Assembly: GCF_009914755.1 (NCBI RefSeq)
Contig: NC_060932.1
Strand: one strand, 5' to 3'
From: the human T2T-CHM13v2.0 reference genome, Homo sapiens
DNA length: 64,000 bases
Positions 1 to 13,084 of the stretch are shown piece after piece; the first letter of the stretch is position 1; every line of letters begins with the position of its first letter. The translations under genes and the position numbers were made by a program. The notes below the pieces were generated by a model that saw nothing but the letters and a program-made list of their open reading frames with translations, was not told the DNA's origin and did not search any database.

Positions 1-160
1 TTAGTTCCTTTTTTCCTTCTTCTTGAGGCTTTTTTTTTTTTTTGGCAATATGTCGCTTTCTTTTCTCAAATCTGTTTTCATCTAACATGTATAAAATGAA
101 GCCAGTTCGAGGGAGCCCTCTATCCCCCTTCTCCTCATACCCCTAGAAGAGCTCACTTCT

Positions 161-450
161 GGCCGGGCACAGTGGCTCATGCCTATAATTCCAGAACTTT
201 GGGAGGCTGAGCAGGGAGGATCACCTGAGCCCAGGAGTTCCATATCAGCCTGGACAACATGGCAAAATCTCATCTCTCCAAAACATTTAAAAATTAGCCA
301 GAAGTGGTGGCGTGTGCCGATAGTCACAGCTACTCAGGAGGCTGAAGTGGGAAGATGGCTAGAGTCCGGGAGTTTGAGGCTACAGTGAGCTATGACTGCA
401 CCACTGCACTCCAGCCTGGGCAACAGAGGGAGACCCTGTCTCAAAAAAGA
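161..450 (+). mobile_element. Alu SINE (AluJ-like), full length
   Basis: Starts GGCCGGGCACAGTGGCTCATGCC at 161; dimeric structure; ends GACCCTGTCTCAAAAAAG. Confidence 0.95.
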
Positions 451-471
451 AAGGAAGGGGAAGGGTGGGGA

Positions 472-535
472 GGAAGGAAGGAAGGAAGGAAGGAAGGAAG
501 GAAGGAAGGAAGGAAGGAAGGAAGGAAGGAAGGAA
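472..535 (+). repeat. (GGAA)16 microsatellite next to the Alu tail
   Basis: 64 nt of uninterrupted GGAA units, read directly. Confidence 0.95.
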
Positions 536-1804
536 TGGGGCTCAGCCCTGTAGCCACAAGCAACATAATTTTGTGCAAATGGCTATCAACTCCCACTGGT
601 TCTCCCTAACCATTCAGTTATTCCCTTGCAGAGAACGAGAGTGGGGTGAATGCCAAATCACCCTGAGATTATGAACTTTTCTCTCCAAGTGGCCCCTCTC
701 CATTCCAAGTTCCCCTGAAAGTCTCCCTCTCAGGAGTTTTGTCCTCACAGGCCTCTCAGTTCCAGGAGGCTCCAGGCCCCTCCTGGCCCATCCCCACGCC
801 CCAGAGGCCTCTCCGAAGGCTGCTCTCCCTACACTCCCTCGCTTCCTTCCCAGGGAGCCCCCGCGAGGCTTCGGTGCCCTGGGAGCACACACATACATGC
901 AACTCCCCTCCCACAGGCCCTGAGAAACCCTGCAGATCAAAGAGCCCAGCAGCAGGGCCAGGTGTCCGTCCTCCTCCACAGGCCACGATTAATCAGACCG
1001 CCTGACTCACAAGGAGATCAAACTCGGCACCCCGCCAGCTGTTGGTGAACGCTGGCCTTCAAGTTGCCCTCATTAAATTTCCTTTCCCTCTTGCTCTCCC
1101 TGCTGACTCCCGTCCCGTGACCATCTCACTCTTGGATCTTCTTCTCGCGCTCTTCTCTCTCTCCCCACAGGCTTGCAACTTCTGTTTTCCCCCATTTCCT
1201 TTCTTCACCCTGTCCTTCTCTTGTTCTACTCACACCCTCTCCCCCACCTACCACCTCTGTCTCTCTTCAATTCATTTAAAATTCCAAAACCCCCAAGCCC
1301 CATGCCTGGAGAGTCCCTCCTGGACATCCCACTCGGCCTATAAAAGTTCCAACAAGGAAGCAGCATGGGATGTCAGTGCCAGGCTGCAGGGGTGGCCAGC
1401 CACTGAGGTATTGAGGAGGGGACTTCAAGGCCAAGGAGGAGTCCACCAATGCCGAGCTGAATTCTCACCTGACCTTCTTGGCAGCGGGCTCAGGCCTCCG
1501 CAGCAGCACTTCCCACCACACACACACACCATTTCCAGGCTGCTAGTCACTTTTTGTTTTCAAAAGACCTCTAAGCCCTCTTACAGGGAGCTTCTCAATG
1601 TAGCCTCTCATTATTGGATCAGCTATCCAGTCCTCACCCCACCTGTCCAGTTTGCAAACCTCACCGGAAGAACCAGTTTCAACTAGAACAAGAAATGCAG
1701 TCACCTAGAAGCTGGAAAAACGGGCAAAGATCCTTTCTATTCCTCCTATCAATGCCCAGAAAAAGGAAGAATGAGAGCATTGGATCCTGACTTCCACTCG
1801 GCTG

Positions 1805-2381
1805 ATGTGTTGCGAATATTTACTCCAGTTGTCTAAGGATTATTTTTATACACTTTTTCTTGCAACAAACACTGGCAAAAAAAAAAAAAATTTAAATAAA
1901 AAAGCAAATACAGGCTGTACAGGCTGCAGGGTACTGTCCTCTCTTTCTCAGCCTCACTATATATACATCTACGGATTTTTTAACTTGTTTTTCATTTCAG
2001 CGGTTCTTAAAGCGCACAGGCGTGAGAAAACACAGATGGGTTGGAGCAGACTACGTTGTAACTGTGCACAGAAGACATCGCACCATGTTCAAGATTTTCA
2101 GAAGTCTTGGAAGACCTCGGGATGCAGAGAGGTTTTTTGGTTTCGGTTTGGGGTGCTTTTTTTTCCCCTTTCCTCCTTATATAGTTGGAATTCGCTGCTT
2201 GTTTCCTCTCTGTTCTATTTCTATTTCCCTCGTAGCACCTGCTGCAGCTGGGAACACAGGGTCCCTTGGTCTCAGCGACAGGGTCACTGTGGCTGCCCCG
2301 GGCTTGACCCCACCTCTACCTGTGCCTGTTTCCCCAGCTGCGGGGAGGCAAGCCCGGCGGGAGGAGAAGCCATCCATCAAC
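1805..2381 (-). other. Candidate terminal exon / 3'UTR of an unidentified minus-strand transcript
   Basis: Minus strand shows CCCTGAC...pyrimidine-rich...CTGCAG|G acceptor at 2382/2381, repeat-free UTR-like sequence with several TGTA motifs, TGTATATA (1960-1967), a long U tract, variant poly(A) hexamers TATAAA (1845-1850) and AGTAAA (1819-1824), and a U-rich tract downstream. Confidence 0.4.
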
Positions 2382-3329
2382 CTGCAGCAGCCGAGGCCCA
2401 AGTGAGGGCAGGAAGGGTCAGGGCTGGTGCGCACTTGAGCAGGTTAGAGAGGAGGAGGAGGAGGTTACAGATTGTTGAGATATCAGCGCTGGGCTTGATG
2501 GATGGTGCGGAAGGAGGAACAAGACGCTGTCCTCCCAGCCTCCTCTGGCACCAGGACAGAGCCCACGCTCCAGGTCTCCACCGACTTCTTCCCGCCCCCC
2601 ACCCCATACACACACACCAGCCCCCTCCTCCTTGGCTTGCTTTTTCTTGCCTGCTTACAGCCCATCCGTCAAGCCCTGCCCTGAAGCTGACCTTTTGCAG
2701 ACAGCAGACAGCCTAAGAGAACCATCTCTTGCTGAAAGCTCTCAGCAAGGGGTTTTATGAACATGGGCGGGCCTGACATGGGCACCACAGCCACTCCCCT
2801 GCCCCTCTGCCTGCCTCCTAGCTTGTGAGTGCTGTCAGCCCTGAGCAAGAAGAAAAAGGCGAGGGTGTGCCCAGATTTCTTTAGCAGTGCTCCTATTTCT
2901 CTCTCCGGGCCCCAAACACACTTCCAGCCCCGGTAGGCTCTGCCAGGTCTAACAGTCCCCTGGGAGCTGTGGGCTCTTGTCTCACTCTGAAACTCACCCA
3001 TCTATACAGCCTCACCTTCACCTCTGCGTCATCTGCCCTCTTAAAGGCAGTGATGGGGATTTCAGGAAAGGCACTGTGTTCTCCTCTGGAGAAAAGCTAA
3101 AGTTGAAAAAGTGCAAAGAATGCTCATTGGCAGCATAAGCTGAGGCAAGGAGAAGTGCTCTGAGCTTGGGCAGTGGGTAGACACATGGCTGGGCAGTTTC
3201 TGGCTGGCTGGGGAATCTGTTCATCTCGCTGGGGCTCCAATTTTGGAGACCACACAGGTTGTCAGTCACGCCACGGCAACAGCACAATAGAACAGAGAGT
3301 GGGGACATGTTGGGGCAAACAGTGATGGA

Positions 3330-3500
3330 AGATGTTTAATAGAATTACCATTAGGCCTCGAGTTAATGAATCACAACTGCAAGAAATCATGATAATCCAG
3401 CAGGCATTAGTGACAGATTAGCTTCAAAGCTGCCATAAAAGTGCCATAATGCTTACCTAACGGCATGATTAATTCTCCCAGTGCATAATGGCTTTATGGG
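3330..3500. promoter_or_regulatory. Candidate developmental enhancer (homeodomain/MEIS motif cluster)
   Basis: Repeat-free block with many TAAT/ATTA cores, TGACAG 3411-3416, CCATAAA 3433-3439 and TTTATGG 3493-3499. Confidence 0.4.
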
Positions 3501-4039
3501 GGAACGAGGCACCAACAGAGGCTTGATGGAAAGCCATGCCGAGATCCCAGAGCACAGAGGGTGTTCCCACCCTGCCCAGCCCATGTGGCTTCCGCTCCGC
3601 CCGGAGGAGACTTCAGCCACTGCATTGTGGTAGACAAAGTCGAGGCTCAGGCTCACCCCAGAGCCATCTCCCCAGGAGCCCCTGCCATCTCTCCAATGCT
3701 GTGCCCCTTACCAACTGACAGTTATCCTAAGAGGACACCCCAGTCCCCAAGATGGGCCCCTCCTATGACTAGCACTGGTGCCTGGAGAGCCCCACCCCAA
3801 GTCCCCTGATCAAAGGATCCAGCATGGAAAGATCTGGAAAGACTGCTGCACTAGGAACTCACCACAACTCCGCCCCTCACTAGCTGCGTGACCTGGCAAG
3901 TCACTTGAACTCTCTGGGCTCAGGCAGCCAGGCTCTGAGTGTGCACGCTTCACCACCAGACTGCCTCCCTATCTCAGCACCTATTTATTAGTCCCTAACT
4001 TCTGTTCCAAGCATGATCTGAATCTCCTTGTATATTTCA

Positions 4040-4170
4040 TTTCATCCACTGCCCATAACATTCCCATGAAATAGTTAACCCTGTTATCCTCACTTTACAG
4101 ATAGGGAAACCGAGGCTCGGCAAGGCGAGGTAGCTAGCCCACAGTCCAACTAGGGATAGATATGGAACCA
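4040..4170 (-). mobile_element. MIR SINE fragment
   Basis: MIR core match ATCCTCACTTTACAGATAGGGAAACCGAGGCTC. Confidence 0.7.
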
Positions 4171-4950
4171 GGCAGTATTCCCTAGTTCCTTGCTTCTCTA
4201 TCAGCCTCCTTCAGCCCTAATACCACCAGTTTAACCTCAGGGGAAAAGCAGCTGCTTGTGAGACACCGAACATCATCTTTTATGAAAAAGACAGGATCAG
4301 CACTACTCAATTCCCTGCCCCTTCCCCTTGGCAGTGGAGGAACCATGAGCTGGAAGGCAGGAGATACAGACTCTCCTGCTCCTGTTTACCTTGACTCTGT
4401 GGTTCCCATAGTATTACCTGGGCACTTCACCCTTCTGGATTTCTGTTTCAGCTTCTCTTTTAGAAAAAGAGAATAATAATAATAATAACAATAATAATAG
4501 CACCGTGCCTGCCTGGCAACAGGGAGCTGAGCCTCTGGGCCCCTGGAGGCTCAGATCTACCGGTGCCCAACAATCACCAGAGCCAGGGCCGCTTTGCTGA
4601 ATCATCCCCAGACTCTACTTCAGAGGCTGCCACTGTGGTCCTCCCATCATCCCATAAATATGGAGGCAATTAGCATGGAGCTCAGGTCCAAAGGGAATTC
4701 TCAGAGCCCTGTTCATCTTCATAATGTTGAAGAAAACCCTCTAGGAGGCCCGCGTCACTGCTGCGGCAGGCTAGCTGCTTCTGCTCTGATTAGGGATCCA
4801 AGAGACTCACACAGCTCCCCTCCTATAGCCCTCTCCTAGCCCATAGTGCTCAGGGGCACCCACTAGACTGCCACTGAGAAGTCTATAAAAAAGACACTCC
4901 GTCCTCTCCTACCAAAGCATTAACAGGCTCCAAACTTTCCCAAGCTCTAG

Positions 4951-5278
<328 letters not shown>

Positions 5279-5873
5279 CTATGTTCCTTTTAAATTCCAG
5301 AATCAAAGGGCAAACCATCACTCAATCAGCAAGTACTTACTTCCACAGGGCACTATAAGGAAAACCAAGAAGATCCACTTTATCCCTTTGCAGCCCTGGG
5401 TCCCAGAGTGGACATCTGCTAGCACTGCTGATGGCAGTCTCACTGCCAGTTCTGGGTGGGTTTTCTAAAGGCGACTATCTTTGTGATGGCCCATGTACCT
5501 CTCAAAGCCCCATTCTCTTGTTCGAGCTGATTGCCTGATGTATGTCGAGCTGACTGCCTGATATGTGTCAAACTGACCCTATCACCTTGGTTACAAAGCC
5601 ATAAAATCCCAGGGTTGCAAGAGACCTCAAAGAGGTTTTTTCTGCCCCCTCCCAAAATCTAACCCCATCCACTATGAACTCCTCTTGAGTCAAATACATA
5701 GTTCTTACTTCAACATGCCGTGCCCAGTGAAAGCTCAATAAATATTTATTGATGGTGGTGCCCATGATGAATTAACAGCCAAAGCTATAAAATTAAAGTT
5801 TCACACAAGGAGAAACCCCAGTGAGAAAGAAACTGCTAAATAAAGTTTACAATTTTTCAAAATGACAAGTGTT

Positions 5874-5900
5874 CACACACACACACACACACACACACAC
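5874..5900. repeat. (CA)n microsatellite
   Basis: Direct reading. Confidence 0.95.
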
Positions 5901-6762
5901 GGCGTGGGAGACAGAAGACCACCATTCTCTAACTTGCCTATTCAAGGAATCGGAAAACAGGAAAGTCCTTCTCATAGAATATTCCTGCCTCAGTGGAGGG
6001 TGTGCTCAGCTTCTCAGAGGTCAATCAGCCTAGCCTGTCAGGATGTGCCTGGCCCTGGACCAAGCGTCTCACATTGTCTCCTTGCTGGAACCAAGAGCCA
6101 ATGGAACAAAAACACAAAAACACAAAAACAAAATGGCGCTGTTTAGGGCTTTATCCAGTGTCTCAAATGGGCGAAAGTAAACACAAGGATATATCCAATT
6201 CTAAGGATGCTAAAACCTCAAGAAGGACAGACAGCTTAAAGGAGAATCCTTAACAAGATAATACGCACCTAGGAAAAAAGGCTAGGGTGTGTAGCTATAA
6301 AGAAGACAAGAACTTTGAGACCTATTGAGTAGAGACCAGTCATCACCAATCACAGCCAACCCTTGCAGCCCTTCCCCTGCCCCAATGTGTTTAGAGACAT
6401 GAACACGCTGATTGCAGGTCTAAGAGCCTCCATCGTTCTTTTTAGAACCAACTGACAGAGCTAGCTTTTTTCTTCCCCCAGCTCCCTGGACTTCCTTGAA
6501 CTGCAGCATGGAAGCACCAAAGCTCGCTTGCCGCCTTTCATTCTCCATCCTATGTGACTTAGCAGGAGCTCATGGGAACTGCTCAGTCAGGATCTTGTCA
6601 TACCGAGCCACAGAGCTGTCTGGACATCAGGCAGAAGAGGGCCCTGCAACTCCTGATACCAAACCAGAGAGGACTGTTTACAAGCTGATCAGGTTCGTGG
6701 GCTAAAGAAAACCTCAGGCAATCTGGAACGGGGAAAACAGGGAAGGCCTTGAAGAAATGGAT

Positions 6763-6960
6763 TAGACCAGCCCTGACAACATAGCAAGACCCTATCTCTA
6801 CAAAAAAATTTAAAAATTAGCCAGGCATGGTGACACGTGCCTGCAGTCCCAGCTACTCAGGAAGTTGACGCAAGAGGATCATTTGAGCCCAGGAGTTTGA
6901 GGCTGCAATAAGCTGTGATTGCACCACTGCACTTTAGCCTGGGTTAAAAAAAAAAAAAAG
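6763..6960 (+). mobile_element. 5'-truncated Alu (AluJ-like)
   Basis: AGACCAGCC...AATTAGCCAGGCATGG...GCACTTTAGCCTGGG followed by an A tail. Confidence 0.9.
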
Positions 6961-7399
6961 AAAAAAGAAAGAAGGAAAGATAAGGAAATAGATTCGAGTT
7001 TGTGCTAATCTTACAAAGTTAAGTGAGATCATACCCCCAGATTCTCTCCCACCAGAGGGAGCTGGTTGGAGCCTGGTTTTGCATTAGCCCAAAATGTTCT
7101 GATGCAGCACACCGTGGGGCTGGTGAGGGTTGGGTGGAGCTGGAGCAGACATAGAAAGGGAAGCCCTTGAAAACCAAAGACAGTGTCTTAGGGGGACAAT
7201 CACACCATGCCCTTTCCCAGGTCCAGCCCTTTGGGCAATGTTGCAAAAGATCCCCCAAAAGAGCTTCTGCCTGGAGCAGGTCAGGAGCTGCAGTGTGGGG
7301 GCCCTGGGGCTGCGCTGCCTCTTCCAGTCTTCTCCTGGACACTAGGCCATTCTCCCTTTTCCAGCTCTTGCTCCTTGTCCAATCCTCAAGAACCTCTTA

Positions 7400-7757
<358 letters not shown>

Positions 7758-9959
7758 GACAGAGAGGTTGGGGGAGGGGGTAATCTATGAAGCTATGGAC
7801 AACGAACATCTCATGGCATCACCCTACCCTCGGCTTGGTAGAGTTCTTCTTGCGGGAAGACCACAGCATGTCCATGGACCGAAAGAGAACACCCACAGTT
7901 CACTTGGCAACACTCAGTGGGCCCTTCCCAGCCCAGGCCTGTCTTCCCTGGCTGCTGAAGGTGGCCTCATGATTCCGCTCTAATTTTTGGTGTGTGTTCC
8001 TGCCCAAATGGGGTGTCTGATCTTGTCATGGCCAGCGTTTGCTGCAGAAGAGGACCTGGTACACTTTTATAGGAACCCAGTTCTTCCCTGGGGCTAGACT
8101 CTAATGCTGTCCAGATGCAGAAAAACAGAAGGGCCATTCAAAAACAACCGAAATATCAACACACTTTGAAAGCGGTCTGTTAGCACTTGCCATAAGCACA
8201 ATAAACAAAACAATGAAACCATCAGAAAGCACCGTGAGACAGTCCGGCTTTAGGAACTTGGCTTTGATGGCTTAGAAAAGCAAAGAAAGGGGGCAGAACC
8301 AGTTCCCACTTGGGCTGAGGCTTGTTTATTCTGCTTATCTGAAGTCAGAGCTAACAATCCTCATCTCGATGAAAGGACCTAGAAGTTTCTCCCTCACAAC
8401 TGGCCCCTCTGCAGAGTAAGGTGGCCTTCTGCAAGTGGTCAGTTTCTGCATGTGGCCCATAAAACACCCATTTTATAACATGACTCCGGTCTGTTGAAAG
8501 ACCCTTGTTTCCTCTGTGTTCCATCAACAGATGAGTGAGCTCAACAAACAAGAGCATCTGCTGGAGCCCTTACCTGGGTGGGCTGGTGGGAGGGAACCCT
8601 GAGGCAGGGTTCCAGTTGCCCCCTCCTCAGCAGTTAGCTACCCTAACCCCAGGTGAGTCTAAGCAGCAACCGAGGGGGCTGTTGGTTCTGCCCAAGGCCC
8701 CACTGCTGAGACCTTTGTCCTGCTTTGGAGGGAGAGACCACTGGGAGAGAAATGTCACCCGTCATCCCAGCAGACACTGCACACTGTCTTCCAATCTGAG
8801 TTGCGGAGCTGGGGCTGGGGCTGTCCCCCCGGGTGAAATGAGGCCGCCTTTTCACCACAGTCACTCAAGGTTATTTCCCACTGTCTCCATGGCGCAGGCT
8901 TTGCTTAATTCCCGAAGTGGGTGCTGGCCAACTCATCTATCAAATTACCCTGCCAGTGATTTAAGTGAGCTTAGTTCATTTGGGTGCCGTCCTCTTGCCT
9001 TTTGACTCTTAGTCAAGCAAAATAGGGGATTAACCAAAGGGGCGTAGGGGGACTTGACGTGGCTGTCTGTTGCGGGAGGCTGGAGGGCACCAGAAGTCAA
9101 TGTGCCCCAATGACAGGGTGACAGCCTGGGAGGCCCAGGACATGGGCTCCGGTGCTCTGCTGTGCCTTACAACCATAGGTCCCTGTCACGCATTCCCCCG
9201 CCTCCCGCAACACACACACGGTGGCCCTCAGTCTCCTAAGCCCCATGGGTAGATGAGTCAGAAGACTCTACTTTGTTCTTCCTTCCTAATTGAAAAAGGC
9301 GGGGAAAAAAACAGATGCCAGAACAAAGGCACTAAACATACCTAGAGCAGGAACTCTCCCTTCTCTGCTCCAGGCCTGAAGACTGCAGTCTGCTTTACCA
9401 TCATCCTCTTTCTTCTCTGTAGAACACGTGCAGTGTCTGCCAGTTCAGTCTGAATCCAGCTGTTTCCCTGGAACAGACTGTTACCGATTCAGCAACAATC
9501 AGTAAAAATTTAATGTGCCCAATCGCCGCCCTTTAACTCCTTCCCACATCTGAACGGGTGGGGATAATCTTGAGACCCAACCCCCAACTTCCCCAGATGG
9601 CTTTCACTCTATTGTAAATGCCACTCCCAGCATGAAGGGCCTACCCCCTCCACTCCTGTCTGGCCGGATGGGGACCAAAACAGCAAAGCCCAAGAGACTT
9701 AGGGTCGGATGCCTTCCAGAGTGGCCACCTTTCCATTGATTGGCTTCCTGTGGCACAGAAACATCCATAGGATATGGATTTTTGGAGTGAGAAACCTGTG
9801 ATTCAAACCCCATCTTTAGCCCACACTACCAGCCAGCCTCTCGACGGCTAATTCATCTATTGTAAGGACTAAAAGAGGTCATGTCTAGCCAGGACCAAAG
9901 CACAGCCCAGCACAGAGTACGTGCAATAAATATTAGCTGCTTTATTCTCATCTTTGCCG

Positions 9960-10130
9960 AAATTCAGCTGTCCATCAATCCACAGACAAGTATTTGTCAG
10001 ACGCCAGTTAAGCGCCCAACACAATGGGAGTTCAAAGGATACAGATAAATAAATCAAGATCACTGCCTTGGAGGCACTCCCAGGATAATGGAGAAGATAA
10101 GCAGATCTTTAGAGACAGAAAATGCTTTGG
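9960..10130 (-). mobile_element. L2 LINE fragment
   Basis: Degenerate match to the antisense L2 3' end (CAAGTATTTG...ATCACTGCCTTGGAGG). Confidence 0.5.
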
Positions 10131-10199
10131 CAACACAGAGTGACATTCTTATGGGGGCCATAGGGGCCTGTACCAGCTTAGAGTCATCCCCATGGTGCT

Positions 10200-10320
10200 G
10201 CTCCTTCTTGACTAGGTGACCGGGGATCAGTTACCTAACCCCTCTCAGTCTTGGGTTCCTCATCTGTAAAATGAGGAAAATAACATCTATCTCATCAGGC
10301 TGTTGTCAGGATTACATTAA
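10200..10320 (+). mobile_element. MIR fragment
   Basis: GTGACC...AGTTACCTAACCCCTCTCAGTCTTGGGTTCCTCATCTGTAAAATGAGGAAAATAA. Confidence 0.75.
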
Positions 10321-10386
10321 ATTAAATTAAATAATTCCATTGACTAATTTAATTTGATTTAAGTTAATTTAACATGACCCTTATCA

Positions 10387-10590
<204 letters not shown>

Positions 10591-10659
10591 TAAAATAATT
10601 GGCCTCCTTTGTAGGGATGTTCTACAGATTGTTTGTTAATACATATAAAGCTGTTATTA

Positions 10660-10780
10660 CACTCTAGGATGTAAGTGCCCTGAGGGAAGGATTTTGGTGT
10701 GTTTTATGCACGGATACATTCCAAATAGAACAGGGCCAGGTACATAGTAAATAATACTAGTTTACTGAATGAACTGTTGA
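10660..10780 (+). mobile_element. L2 3' end fragment
   Basis: AGGATGTAAGTGCCCTGAGGGAAGG...AGAACAGGGCCAGGTACATAGTA...TGAATGAA resembles the L2 terminus. Confidence 0.6.
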
Positions 10781-13084
10781 ATGCCACAGGAGAACAGAGC
10801 CATTCCAAGAAGGCTTCCTGGAGGAGGCAATGCAGAAAGGTGAGCAGGAGTTATCTAAGCTGAGAAGATGGGCGGGGCTACTGCAGAGGAAATAGGCAGG
10901 AACCAGGACAGAGCACAGGGGAACAGGAAGCCTCAAGCAATCTAGTATTTGGAGAGTAAAAAGTACAAGTCAGGCAGGGGCAGGAGGTAGAGATTCTCTC
11001 CCAAATGGTCCAGTGGTTGATCTTAATGGGGCCAAACACAAACACACCCAAGATACATACCCAGGAGAAATGTGAGCATTTGGGAAAAAACAACTTCCAT
11101 CGGCCCCTCCTGAGGCCTCCAAGTCACTGGGCCTGATTCAGGAGAGCAGAAATAGCATTTCCTGTGAGCCCTTCACCTCTGGGGAAGGTCCGGTCACAGG
11201 AGACCCTAACCCATCTGTCTGCGAGATTTCCAGCCCACTTGGAGAATGAGGCAACCATGCCTGTGAACTCTGACCCCATCAATCCCAGCAGGAGCTGGGG
11301 AAGAATTTACATCTTCAAAGGTCCTGCTAAATGTTAGCCAACAGCCTTCTCCCAGCCCCCAGCCCTCACCTTCTCACCCTCTGGGCCACCAGGGGTCAGG
11401 GACTAGGGTCACACCTGGCCAGGCCAGGTCAGGGCCCAGATTCCATCCAGCATCTCATCAGCAGAGCCATCCTGCTCCCTCCCTGCCACACCCCTTCCCC
11501 TCCACACCCACACTTGGACCCGGAGCTGGGAAGACAATGGCCACCGTGTAAGTGGCCTTCAGACAGACAGGGGCTCGGGCCGCCCACCCTGGAAAGAGTC
11601 CTGGGTCTTGGATCAAACCAGGGAGTGAGACAGGCCCCTGGACCAGGGTCAGCTCCAGAGACTGCCCCATCAAACAAGTTTCGGTGACCTCTCCCTGACC
11701 CCCAGTAAGCTCCAGTTGTTCCTCTGATCTCCTGGAGACGGGCAGACCTGTTAACTTTTACCAGACGCCTTTGACACGGGCACTAGGAAGAACCTGGGGG
11801 GGTGGTTTGCTCACGTGTCAGAGCTCGGGCCAGCAGTCACCCTGACCAGCTCCAGCCAGCCCTGGAGCTCAGGACACAATACCTGCCCCTTCTCATGGGC
11901 CACAGGAGTTGTGAGGACAGGGCTCTGGGCCCAGCAAGCCAAAAGGGGAGCCCAGGCCCCCAGGATCACCCCACACTGGCCACTGACTTGGGTCCCACCT
12001 CAGACTTCGATTTCCCCTGCAGATGACTCTCAGGACGTAATGGCCTCAGCTCACAGCCCTAAGCGGGGGCTGCCCTGGTGATTTTGCAGATGAGCATTTA
12101 AGAGCATCCCCCTAGAGGCAGGGGCTTGCTGTGGCAGACTGCAGCCCCGAGATCAGTGGCTCTGAGCTGCCACTGTGGACCTGGGTCCACGTGGAGACGA
12201 TTTCCCAGCTGGTGCTGGTGAAGGGCCAGGGACAAAGCCATGGCACCTCCAGGCGTGCCTCACTGCCCTGCCTCTTCCATCCCACCTCCATCAAAGGTCC
12301 CCACAGCTTCTCCCTGCAGGGGAGCAAGCACTGGCAGGAATAGTAGACCTAAAGGCTCAGGAGCTCTGCCAATCATGAGCTGTGTGGCTTGGGAAAATCA
12401 CTCAGCCTTTCTGTGCTTCAGTTTCCCCACTTGCAAAACAGAGTGAACAGAAGGTCTCCAAAATCCCTACGGTTCTACCTTCTCTGACCTCAAGATTCTT
12501 TCACCCCCCCCAATCCCTTTAAAACTCTTCTGTTCCTACCAAAGAACTTTATAGCCATGGGAGATTACCCAGCTTAAGCCCTTTATTTTAAAAATGAGAT
12601 AGCTGGAATCATGAGCTGGGTGGCCAGGAGTGAGACGCCTCAGGGCAGAGCCAGGCCTGGAATCCAGGCCTCCTAGGACTTTGTTCTTTATGCCTGGCCT
12701 GCTCTAGGCTCACAATCCCCCCGGAAGCCACCTCCTCAGAAGGTGCACATCAAATTATTTGCCTGGCATCCAAGACTACCCACCCACTGGCCTGCCACTG
12801 GCCTGCTCTCTAACTGCCCCCGGGACCACCTCCCTCTCTAATCTGACTCACTTGCTGTCCCCAGCAAGTCCCAGGCTCAGTCTGGTCCGGGGCCTCTGCT
12901 CGGGAAGGCCCTGCACAGATCACCCCATGCCCTCCCCTTGCCTCAAAGCTTCCTCCCTAGCTGCCTCCCCGCCCTTCTCCCTGATCTCCCGCAGGCCCTG
13001 TCTCTGAGTCCTGCTTGCTCACTTCAGCTCTTCAGCCCAATCTTAAATGCACCCCACTTCCCGCCTTCTCTACACAGCCCACGG

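Noticed and set aside
82-388. Alu-derived ORFs here and throughout the window
   Set aside because: Typical Alu translations (e.g. [15 protein letters not shown]), not genes
1042-1686. 214-aa + strand ORF
   Set aside because: Non-ATG start, driven by a CT-rich stretch, with no protein-like features
1805-2716. 303-aa + strand ORF
   Set aside because: No recognisable domain; it runs through an A tract and low-complexity sequence and is antisense to the 3'UTR-like segment, so most likely a chance open frame
8568-8660. Strong isolated splice donors on both strands (CAG|GTAAGG on minus, CAG|GTGAGT on plus)
   Set aside because: No paired acceptor or coding signal; such matches are expected by chance in 64 kb
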